A DNA stretch of 64,000 nt. It comes from Squalus acanthias (Eukaryota). Every line of letters begins with the position of its first letter. Positions within the stretch are counted from its first letter, which is position 1. The notes below the pieces were generated by a model, which did no database searches, had not been told where the DNA came from, and saw only the letters and a program-made list of their open reading frames with translations. Positions 1 through 12,100 of the stretch are shown piece after piece. The DNA is taken from assembly GCA_030390025.1 (NCBI GenBank), contig CM059433.1:23872001-23936000 (forward strand). The letters run 5' to 3'. The translations under genes and the position numbers were made by a program.

Positions 1-160
1 ACTGCAATAATCTCTGATTGTTTTTCCTCCTCCTTCTCGCCCGTTTCCGTGCTGGAAGTCCGCCGGCAGTTGAAAGCATGGTAACGTTTTGCAGCGGTAT
101 TGTTTTCTGTTCGTGTCGTTCACACTGCGGTGTCCAAGCTTTGTTGTGCCGTGTAGCCAT
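1..160 (+). promoter_or_regulatory. CpG-rich proximal promoter / 5' UTR region of FBXO9
   Basis: Dense CpG (cgcccgtttccgtgctggaagtcgccgg) in otherwise CpG-poor DNA; ETS-like TTCCG/GGAAG motifs just upstream of the ATG. Confidence 0.55.
78..80 (+). CDS. FBXO9: FBXO9 coding exon 1 (ATG only)
   Basis: aaagcATG|gtaacg in a CpG-rich stretch; phase 0 joins exon 2; A at -3 of the ATG. Confidence 0.75.
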
Positions 161-3100
161 GACTGGAGGCAAGGTGATCCTCCTGCTGTTGGCCTGTTCG
201 TCACAGGACCTGTAAACACAGCTTTTAAAGAAGGCTGCAAACAAGTGCTGCTGTGATTTTTTTTTAATAATAATAAGATCGCGGATCAAACAACAAAGGG
301 GAAAAGTCTAAATAAATACACCTTTATTTTAATTTGATTATCCGGTGGATTAGTATTTCATTAAACTCTAATTTTAAAAGATACATTTAGGGCATTAAGC
401 CACAGTTAGAGCGTTTCTGGCCTACTCCAAGTGATGTGCAGTTACAGTGCCAGCTACATTAGATGTGTGTGTTTACAGAATTGGCACATTTTGCCAAGTT
501 GAAAAAACAAGCTTGGGCGGTGCAGGAGAATGGGATCATGACTTGAGTTCTGATGTTTAATTTGTCAATAACGCACATTTTATGTTGTCCTGGAACCAGT
601 TTGTGATTAACCTGCCGATTGGGTAAAAGTGAGGAGAAAGTTACAGATGTGATGAGGGTGTGGATACCTGTCAATTAAATATGTATGTATGTTATTAGCC
701 AGCAGCTGAATTACTGCTTCCATATAGTATGATATAGAAATGAATGTGAAAACCAGGCATCAATTTAAAAACGTTGCCACTTGGCTTATATTTTAGTAAC
801 TTAAGGACAGCCCAAGCAAAACACACACTGTTATAAAACAAAGATGCAGTCCTAAAAATTGGATATATTTTCTATTTAAAGTTAAAGATTTTTTTTACTG
901 AACTGTTTAAAAAAGGAATTTTGCTATAGCTCTGCACAGAGGAACATTTTGAGCACCTCCCTTTTGATGCAACAGCATACTTAACTAAATGCCTAGCTTG
1001 CCCAAAGGTGTTTTTTGGTATAATATAATGGCCATGTGGTATGCACAGATATTTTATAAAGTCATGTGCATTGTGTAATGACTTGCAACATGCCAGAATG
1101 CCTTGTGATGTAGTTGATCACTTTCCAAATTTTGTAAATGCGAAATAACAGTGAAAAACAGTGACCGGATCGGACAAAGTCAACATGGATTTTACAAAAG
1201 GTAAATCGTGCTTGACTAATCTACTGGAATTTTTTGAGGATGTAACTGGGAAAATAGATAAGGGAGAACCAGTAGCTGTGGTGTATTTGGACTTTCAAAA
1301 GGCTTTCGATAAGGTCCCGCATAAGAGATTAGCGTGTAAAGTTAAGGCACATGGGACTGGGGGCAAGGTATTGACTTGGATAGAGAACTGGTTGGCGGAC
1401 AGAAAGCAGAGAGTAGGAATTAATGGGTCTTTTTCCGAGTGGCAGGCAGTGACTAGTGGGGTACCGCAGGGATCGGTCCTTGGACCCCAGCTATTCACAA
1501 TATACATTAATGATCTAGATAAGGGAACTAAATGTAATATCTCCAAGTTTGCAGATGACACAAAGCTGGGTGGGCGTGTGTGCTGCGAGGAGGATACCGA
1601 GAAACTCCAGGATGATTTGGACAGGTTGGGTGAGTGGGCAGAAGCGTGGCAGATGCAATATAACGTGGATAAATGCGAGGTTATCCACTTTGGTGTCAAA
1701 AACAGAAAGGCAGCCTATTATCTGAATGGCAATAGATTGGGAGAAGGGGAAGTGCAACGAGACCTGGGTGTCCTTGTGCACCAGTCGCTGAAGGTAAGCA
1801 TGCAGGTGCAGCAGGCGGTGAAGAAGGCAAATGGTATGTTGGCCTTCATAGCGAAAGGGTTTGAGTATAGGAACAGGGATGTCCTGCTGCAGTTGTACAG
1901 GGCCTTGGTGAGACCACACCTTGAGTACTGTGTGCAGTTTTGGTCGCCTTATCTGAGGAAGGATGTTCTTGCCATGGAAGGAGTTCAGCGAAGATTCACA
2001 AGGCTGATACCTGGGATGGCAGGAATGACGTATGAGGAGAGATTGGGTCGATTGGGCTTATACTCGCTGGAGTATAGAAGAATGAGAGGGGATCTCATCG
2101 AAACATATAAAATTCTGACAGGTCTGGACAAACTAGATGCAGGAAGAATGTTCCCGATGGTCGGAGAGTCCAGAACCAGGGGTCACAATCTAAGGATAAG
2201 GGGTAAGCCATTTAGGACAGAAATGAGGAAGAATTTCTTCACCCAGAGAGTGGTGAACCTGTGGAATTCTCTACCACAGAAGGTAGTTGAGGCCAAGTCA
2301 TTACATATATTCAAGAATGAGTTAGATATATTTCTTAAAGCTAAAGGTATCAAGGGATATGGGGAGAAGGCAGGTACAGGGTACTGAATTTGGATGATCA
2401 GCCATGATCTCATCGAATGGCGGAGCAGGCTCAAGTGAAACACAGAGAAGGCAATCAGAATAAACTTGCTGTCCTGGAACCAGGCTGCGATTAACCTGAT
2501 GATTGGGCTAAAGTGAGGAAAAAGCTACAAATCTGATGAGGGTGTGGATACCAGTCAATGAAATGTATACAGATACGTAGATCTAGAGATAGATCAGTAA
2601 TGATTGTATTAGCCAGCAGTTGAATAACTGTAGCTAATGATGTGTGGAATGTGGAAGGGTAGTCAGTGAAGATGGGGAAGCCTTTTGCCTGTCCCAGTGA
2701 ATCATTAGTGGCTACTGCCAGTGAATGCAGACATAGTACAAATAAGGTGGACCTATGAAGAGTTCAGAGATGAGACTGATAACTGAACACGACACTGATC
2801 ACTAAAAGCGAGTGCACAGGTACATAAAGTAATCAAAAAGAATAATTGAATGCTGGCCTTTATCTCAAGGGATTTGGAATTCAAAAGTGAAGAAGTGACT
2901 CGTTAGTTGTACAGAGCCTTGGTCAGACCCCATTTGGAGTACTGCAATCAGATTTGGGCATCAAACCTAAGGGAAGATATATTGACCTTGGAAGGGGTAC
3001 AACGTCGATGCGCCAGAATGAAGGTTGCATATACTTGGCTTGTATTATAGGAAGATAAGAACAGGAGTAGACCATTCCGCCATTCACTGAGATCATGGCT

Positions 3101-6100
3101 GATCTGCGACCTACCTCCATATATCTGCCTTTGGCTCATATCCCTTCATACCTTTGGTTAACAAAAAGCTATCAATCTCCGATTTAAAATTAACAATTGA
3201 TCTAGCAGCAATTGCCGTTTGCAGAAGAGAGTTCCAAACTTCTCCCACCCTTTGTGTGTAGAAGTGTTTCCTAATTTCACTCCTGAAAGGTCTGGCTCTA
3301 ATTTTTAGACTATGCCCCCTACTCTAGAATCCCCATGAGTTTATAAGGTTGATGGGTGATTTAATCAAGATATTTAAAATTATTAAGGGATTCCATAGGG
3401 CACATACAGAAAAACTATTTCCTCTGGTGAGTGAATCTAGAACAGGAGTGCATAATCTTAAAATTAGAGCTAGGCCATTTAGGAGTGAAATCAGGAAGCA
3501 CTTCTTCATACAAAAGGGTAATGGAAATCCAGAACTCGCTCCCCAAAAGGCTGTGGATGCTGGTTCAATTGAAAATTTTCAACTAAGATCGATAGATTTT
3601 TGTTCCATAAGGATATCAAGGGATCTGGAACAAAGGCTGGTAAATGAGGTTGAGGTACAGATCAGACATAATACAATTACTGTAAATGGTAGAACAGGCT
3701 CGAGGAACGAAATGGCCTACTCCTATTGTGTAACTGACCTGCTTTTGAATCAAGACTCTCAATCCCCTGAAGAGGTGACTTTGGGTCATTCAGATGAGTA
3801 GCCAAAACAAACAGTTGTTTCAACATAAGGTTCTTACTGTTGGGGTAATTCAGTGTGTCCTTATGGATTTTTTTAAGAAAAGGTGTATCTTCTTCCTATA
3901 GTTTATTACACAAATCGTTTGACACCTGGAGGATCTGCTGTATTTCTATAGTGCAGTGTAGTTTTTCTACATACAGGAGCACTGACCCCGTGTTCGGTGT
4001 CACTAAATGCAAATAACTCACCTCTCACTCTTTACATTCTGCTCTCTGCAACAGCCGAAGTACAGTCATGGAAATGCAAATCGTTAACGCCATCAATTAC
4101 GAAGAGTTTGTCGATAAAATACTATACTTCATGTTGTTTTATGGGGTTATATGCAAACCCAGTAGAACACACACACGGCAATAAGAAGAAACGTGATGTT
4201 GTCCAGAAACCAGGATGTGATTAACCTGCTTATAAATTAATAATTTCAGTACAAAAGGGGGGCTTTTATGGTAACTGAATTTTCAGGTTATTAAAAATGA
4301 ATGTTTGTTGTTGGTCACGAGCCACAAACTTTTAAAATTTAGTTTCAATGGTTTATATTTTAACAAGTTCTTATGTTAGTCCAGTGGCGCAGCATGTTAG
4401 AGCATTGATGGTCAGTTATAGAAATGGTGAGTTTCTTTGCTGGGGTTTCCCAGTCTTGACAGCCATCTGGGGACGTCGGAAATAAAATACTTTGATGAGT
4501 TGAGATATTTTGCTACCATTTACTTCCTGGTGGTTGCTTAAAATTAGAGGAAGTAGATTCTGTAGGAGCAATATCACCTGCATTGCCCCTGGCTCGGGTT
4601 ATAATAACATAAGAAATAAGAGCAGGAGTAGGCCATACGGTCCCTCGAACCTGCTCTGCCATTCAATAAGATCATGGCTGATCATCGACCTCAACTCCAC
4701 TTTCCCGCCCAATCTCCATATCCCTTGATTCCCCTAGAGTCCAAAAATCTATCTATCTCAGCCTTGAATATACTTATCAGCATTCACAGCCCTCTGGGGC
4801 AGAGAATTCCAAAGATTCACAACCCTCTGAAGAAATTCCTCCTCATCTCAGTCTTAAATGGCCGACCCCTTATCCTGAGACTATGTCCCCTAGTTCTAGA
4901 CACTCCAGCCAGGGGAAAACAACCTCTCAGCGTCTACCCTGTCAATCTTCTTCAGAATGGGGAAAATCTAATGACATGGGTGAAAAGTAACATTAATGTG
5001 TTTAAACTCCTCAACAGATTGGGGAAGGGCTTTATTTTGAGCAAACTGAATTTTAATAACACTTTGTTATGTTTTGTTATGGATGAATCATTGTGTCCAT
5101 TTAGAAAAGCATTGTTTTGCTCTCATTATAGTCGAGCAGTGAGGGACCAGTGGAACATGAAGGGTCAGTACAATGTGGCATTTAAGAAAGAAGGAACTTG
5201 CAGTTATATAGCATCTTTCATAATCACAGGACAAGGAATTATTTCACAGAAAATTAAGTACTTTTGAAGTGTAGTCACTGTTGTAATGTAAGGAATTGCG
5301 GAAGCCAAGTTGCGCACAGCAGAGTCCACAAATTAGATAATGACCAGCTAATCTATTTTAGTGATGTTGGTTGAGTGATAAATGAGAGACACTGGGAGAA
5401 ATCCTTCGCTTTTCAAATCATGCCATGATATCTTTTACATCCACCTGAGAGGACAGAGGGAGCATCGGTTTAATGTCACATCCAAAAGACGGTACCGCTG
5501 ACAGTGAAAGCATATTTTGACTTTAATTAACATCATTTTAGCTGATGAATACCAGGAAGAGATTAAACTTAAAATAACAACAGAAAGTGCTGGAAACACT
5601 CAGCAGGTCAGGCAGCATCGAGGAGAGGGAAACAGAGTCAACGTTTCAAGTCGAACCCTTCGTCAGAACTGATTAAACTTGTTTGTTTGGTGCCTTGCCA
5701 GAGGGCTGGTTTAAGCAGATTAATTAATTGATTACGAAAGTGATGTGATTAGCAGTTCTGTCCTGGCTTTTCCTGTGGCAGTTAGACTAATGTGAAAATT
5801 GAAAGACTATTGGCCTTGAGCAGCAACAGATCAATGGACTGAAAACCACCAGTAGCGTTTGGAGTTTAGCCTTGGCAGAACTAATCGGGGCAAGTACTGA
5901 AGCTTTTACTTATTTAATATGTGGTAATTTGACTCCAATTTCCTTCATTTTGGGAGTTTGTTTGGTACCTTACCAGTGGTCTGGTTTAGATTAATCAATT
6001 ATATAAGTGGTGTGATTCGCTGTTGTATGGATGTTTTTTCCTGTTATAGCTGGGTATTTCAACATGAAATGTTAGGGGAAAAAAATGTATGCAGTGCAAG

Positions 6101-9100
6101 AGCATTGAGAATTTGTTTGAGTAAATTCTTAAAATTGTGAAAGTAGTTCCCTTTCAATAATTTAAGGAAAGTAAGTAATATCAGAAATGGCTTCAGCATG
6201 TTCAAGTTGTACTGACAATCCTTAACTCTGATCACAGCTCCAACATTCTTTTGATCTCTGTATGGTGTAAATTGCTGGAAATGTATAAACTTGTTTACAT
6301 CTTTGATCTGAATCAGTCTTCCAATAGGTTCCTGATGAGACCGTGCCTCTCATTGCCTTCAGTCCCTCCTCCAATATTAATACTTTATCCAAGGCTATAA
6401 AACACAGGTGTATACTGGTAGGAATTGGCTTTGTAGCAACATAATGCAAAAGAGATACACTGGGAATGATCAGCTACTTGTAATTTGCTTGTTCTGCCAG
6501 AGGTTAAAACATTGATTATATTTTCTGAGCGCTTTGCCAAAAGTAGACAGTAGATGAATGTAATTTGGAATTGATTTCCTTCAAACAACTCACTGTACTC
6601 TGCTCTCCAGCCAGATTATTTTCTCCGTTCCAGCATGTTCCCTTGGTGATTTGGGTGAGGGTGAGCCTTTCACCCTCTTGGCCCCAGGCCCTGCCATCCT
6701 GGACTCAAGTTTCTATCTCGCCCATCTGTGTTGCAATACCTCCCAAACACTTCAGTAGCAACCATGGCTATGGATCTAGCATAATGTCGACAGAAAGATC
6801 AGCCTGGGGCAAAGGAATGTCCGAGCCCTGAGCTCTGCTTCTTCTCTGCTTCCGTTCCTGCAACCATTTCTCCTGAGAGACCTGTGCCCTGTCCTAAACC
6901 CTCCCAATTCCATGTTCTAGTACCCCACTCGCCAGTCAGAAGAGACGTGATTGTTCTGTGCCTGTCAGAAGGTTGCAGCCCTGACTCTGGTTCCAGGTCT
7001 CCACGGGAGCTGAGAGGAAAAAGATAGAGAGAAGCAAAAAGAGAAGGGATAGAAAGAAAGAAAGACTTGTAGATACACCTAGAGACATGAGAGAAAATAT
7101 GAATGACATAGAGAGTGGGACATATGTAGAGTTGGAGACATCATTGCAAAGAGGAAAATGAAAGACAGTGTGTGAGAGTCATACAGGAAGATAGAGGCCA
7201 TAATTGCAATAGGGGATCAGCAGAGAGATGGTTACAGGGAGAGAGGCAATTTTTTGTTGTTTGTGAGTAATGCCATGGGAGATTACCTGATGCTTTTTTT
7301 TTAAAGAGAGACTCTGGAGACAATAAGCTCTTTGCAATGTATTTATTCTGCTAGTTGCTCTAACATTGAACATAAGAATTAGGAGCAGGAGTAGGCCATA
7401 CGGCCCCTCGAGCCTGCTCCGTCATTCAATAAGATCATGGCTGATCTTCGACCTCAACTCAACTTTCCCGCCTAATCCCCACATCCTTGATTCCCCGAGG
7501 GTCCAAAAATCAATCTATCTCAGCCTTGAATATACTCAACGATTCAGCATCCACAGCCCTTTGGGATAGAGAATTCCACAGATTAACAACATAAGAACAT
7601 AAGAAATAGGAGCAGGAGAAGGCCATTCGGCCCCTCGAGCCTGCTCCACCATTCAATAAGATCATGGCTGATCTGATCTTGGCTTCAACTCTACTTTTCT
7701 GCCTGTTCCCCATAACCCTTGACTCCCCTGTAGTTCAAAAATCTGTCTACCTCAGCCTTGAATATATTCAATGACTCAGCCTCCACAACTCTCTGGGGTA
7801 GAGAATTCCAAAGATTCACGACCCTCTGAGAGAAGAAATTCCTCCTCATCTCAGTCTTAAATGGCTGACTTCTTATCCTAAGACTGTGCCCCCTAGTTCC
7901 AGACTCTCCAGCCACAGGAAGCAGCCTCTCAGCTTCTACACTTGATCATATTTTCTCAGCAATGGACTGCAGTTGAATATAATTTTGTAAACAGTCTCCT
8001 TCTGTAAATTTGTAAATTGATTCCCTTTAACCAGGTCTCCCAGTTTTTTTTTGTTTCAACCAGTTTGCATGAATGTAGTTGTCAATTTATAGCTATGTAT
8101 AAGTTCCATATTAAGATTGACAGAGCACTCTTATGTCCTTTGCTCCCAAACCTGTGAATCTATTTTTGAAACAAAACACGAGCTCTGTAAGTGGCTAATA
8201 AGGAAGGATCTGATGTGTCGAATAGTCTAAGCAAGTGGTACAAATGAGCGGCAGAGAATGAGAACAATGTTATGTGGTTATTTGACTTGAGATTGCTCCA
8301 GTTAATTATAGGCGAGTTTAGTTAATCAAGGGAAGCAACTGCGTTTCTTGAGTGTAATTGTTTGAGACAGAGATGAGCTTGTAAGGTCTTCTCGAATTGA
8401 ATAATACATGTGAAACTCGCATTTTGTACTTTTGTCTGAATAGTAGAAAGTCTGTATCTGAAGAGTATATATTTTTTTTTAAGTTACATTTGTCAACCAG
8501 GAAGAAAATCAACCAGACTTGAAGTCCTGAAGCTAAAATCATTAAGAATCTTAGATGGAATTTTAATATCTCCTGAGATGTTGTTCATGGTGAGTCAGAG
8601 GTTATGAAGTTGTAAGGGTGGTGTACTCAGATATGGAAGGCTTCACATCTCCACTGAAGAATTTGGGATGAAGTTCAGAAAGATGCCCCAGAGGCAATGA
8701 AGTATATGTTTTTTGATTAGATTGTAGAAAATAACCAAATGCTATTGTTCTTGCCCACTGCAGATAGATAAATATCACACTTTCATACATAAATAAATCT
8801 CTGCATGTAATATGGGGAGTGGCTCATCACTTCAACTATCTACCTATTAAGGATATGGATTTTTGTAACAAAGACCAAAAATTTTGAAAACTGAACTAAT
8901 GTGCATATTTCATTGCTTGCCTCTTATCTCTGGAACAGTACTTGGTGTTACCATAAAACACCTATTTAAATCAGGACTTTTATTCAGAACCTCCTTCCAA
9001 ACTTTAATAATGCAAAATACTGCGGATGCTGAAATCTGAAATAAAAACAGAAAATGCTGGAAATACTCAGCAGGTCGGGCAGCATCTGTGGAGAGAGAGA

Positions 9101-12100
9101 CAGAGTTAACGTTTCAGGTCGGTGACCTTTCATCAGAACTGGAAAAAGGTTGAAACGTCATCAACCTGAAACGTTAACTCTGTTTCTCTCTCCACAGATG
9201 CTGCCTGACCTGCTGACTTTTTCCAGCATTTTCTGTTTTACTTTAATAATCCTCCTTCACCGTGGAAATGAATCCTGGTTACGTTTGAGTTCTTTAGTAA
9301 ATAAAAGAAATGGAACCGGTGTAACCATTTGGGATACGTTATCAAAATAAAGACCTTCTCCGCGTCATTCCTGTTCAAATTTCCCACCATTTGCTAGTCT
9401 TCTCCTGAGTTGTTTTAGAGTTCTGCTCACTTACTTGCTGACTGCAGTTGCAAGAGGTCAGCTAGTACACAGTTGTACACTTATGCTTCCTCAGAAAAAT
9501 TTGAAGGGTTTTTTCTTCATTGTATTTTTGAGTTATACAACCAAAAATATTCCAGTAACCATAACTGTTTCCAATAGTGGCTTCACAGGGTCTTTTCATC
9601 TGCATTCATTTTGTGTTGATACACAGGAGTGGGGCTCACAAACAAGTCCTGGAATGCTCTATGAATAGGTTGTTTTGCTGTCAATCATAAAATTATGCAA
9701 GTTGTCAGTACAGATGCATGCTAAATCTTTAGCCTGCAACCTGATAAAGCTGCAGCTGAGAGTGATAGTCCAGGGCACCCCCATGAATGTCAGCCTGAGT
9801 TTTCCTGCATAGGTACAGTTCTCCAACTGGAAAACATTGATGCAGGCATTTTAAACAGAAAATGTTACGATATATGCAAGTTGCAGCAAGTCCTATCATT
9901 TTCTTCTAAATGTCACAATTCACAAACCGTATTTTCAGTCGGAAATACTCCTCTTATGGAGAAACCAAGATGATGGCCGAAAGCATTTTGTCAAAATCAT
10001 TTGGAGTTGATTCAATTCATTTCCTCTCCTTTTATTGCTTTATTTTTCTGAGTGCTTATGCTTGTTTTTTTTGCTCTTATTGAATGTTTATATACCCATT
10101 CTTGCATTTGATTCATACATTGAGAATGTTGCCAGGACTGGAGAATTTTAGCTGTGAGGAAAGATTGGATAGGCTGGGGTTGTTTTCTTTGGAATAGAGG
10201 AGGCTGAGGGGAGACTTAATTGAGGTGTATAAAATCATGAGGGGCCTAGATAGAGTGGATAGGAAGGACCTATTTCCCTTCGCAGCGAGGTCAATAACCG
10301 GGGGGCATAGATTTAAAGTAAATGGTAGAAGGATTAGAGGGGAGTTGAGAACTTTTTTCACCCAGAGGGTGGTGGGGGTCTCGAACTCACTGCCTGAAAG
10401 GGTGGTAGAGGCAGAAACGCTCATCGCATTTAAAAAGTACTTGGATATGCACTTGAAGTGTCGTAACCTACAGGGCTGTGGACCAAGAGCTGGAAAGTGG
10501 GATTAGGGTGGATTGCTCTTTTTCGGCCAGCAGACATGGTGGGCCAAATGGCCTCCTCCTGTGCCATAAATTTCTATGATTACCTACCTGTACAGTTCAG
10601 ATTTGTCGCTATTTTATGAATACACAACTTGTTGCTATTTTATTAACACAAAATTGAACCCAAACGTGGCACGCAAAATTTTGCATGACTTAGTGTCATG
10701 CTGAATTTGGACAAATGCTTGCTCGACACATCATTTTTTTATATATATGTACAAGTGGATCTCTGGTGACATTGCACACAGTAAGTCAGAAAAAATATCT
10801 CAACTTTCTTTTTGTCTTTCTGTTTCTTTGTCTCTTCTCTTCTGCTTCTCTTTCTGTCTTTTTCTTGTCTTTTGGGTGGGAAGTGATGGATGGTGTGGCG
10901 GGGGAATCTAACGAGGTGCCAGCAGCTGCTGCAGGCTGCATTTTCTGGAGGAGGTTGTGGGGAAGATGTGACCCTAGGAGGCTACCTTTCTTTTCTCCCA
11001 CTCTTTCCCCCCCCCCCACCCCTTCGCTACTTTTGTATCCCTTATTTCTTCACATTCCCACCACCCTCCTTCCTACCATGTTCTTGCTCCCATCGATAGC
11101 CCTACACACTCCCATCACTAGCCCTATGCCTTCCCTAATGAACTGCCTGCTTGATCCCTGTTGTGCTCCCCTCCCCCTAATTTTTCTGCCACTTTTCTCA
11201 CCTGTAACTCTCCATCCACTCCCACTTGCTTTTGCCAAAGATTTGTCATGAGAGATGCCCTCACCCTCTCCTCCCCTGTCCTCTGACAGATTTTCCACAA
11301 GAAGTTGTTTGCTTTCAAGATTCAACTTTTTTTTTAAAAACAAGTAAAAATAGATGCATCTTTTTGATAGTATTAATGACCTGGATATGGGTAAAGGGGG
11401 CACAATTTCAAAGTTTGCAGACGACACAAAACTTGGAAATGTAGTAAACAGTGAGGAGGATAGTAGCAGATTTCAGGAAAACATAGACAGACTGGTGAAA
11501 TGGGCAAACACATGGCTGATGAACTTTAATGCAGAGAAGTGTGAAGTGATGCATTTTGGAGGAAGAATGAGGAGAGGCAATATAAACTAAATAGTATAAT
11601 TTTAAAGGGGGTGCAGGAGCAGAGAGACCTGGGGGTTCACATACACAAATCATTGAAGGTGGCAGGACAAGTTGATAAAGCTGTTAAAAAGCATACAGGA
11701 TCCTGAGTTTTCTAAATAGAGGCAAAGAGTACAAAAGCAACAAAGTTATGTTAAACCTTTATAAATCATTGGTTAGCCCTCAGCTAGAGTATTGTGTCCA
11801 ATTCTGGGCACCACAGTTTCGGAAGGATGTCAAGATCTTGGTGAGGGTGCAGAGGAGATTTACTAGAATTATACCAGGGTTGAGGGACTTCAGTTATTTG
11901 GAGAGACCGGAGAAGCTGGGATTGTTCTCCTCAGAGCAGAGAAGGTTAAGGGGAGATTTAATAGAGGTGTTCAAAATTATATGGGGTTTTGATAGAGTAA
12001 ATAAGGAGAAACTGTTTCCACTGGCGGGTGGGTCAGTAGCCAGAGGACACAGATTTAAGATAGTTGGCAAAATAACCAATGGGGAGATGAGAAGAACTTT

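Noticed and set aside
2520..2590. CTGATGA...GAAA...GTA resembling a hammerhead, or a C/D snoRNA box, in the triplicated element
   Set aside because: A stem III can be drawn, but stem I does not pair, stem II has a 7-nt insert, and copy 1 lacks the core; no convincing C/D terminal stem
4674..5267. 197-aa ORF
   Set aside because: Antisense CR1 tail running into unique DNA and a SINE; no recognisable protein or splice support
10715..11427. Several overlapping 65-178 aa ORFs
   Set aside because: Low-complexity pyrimidine-rich sequence that lacks stops by composition
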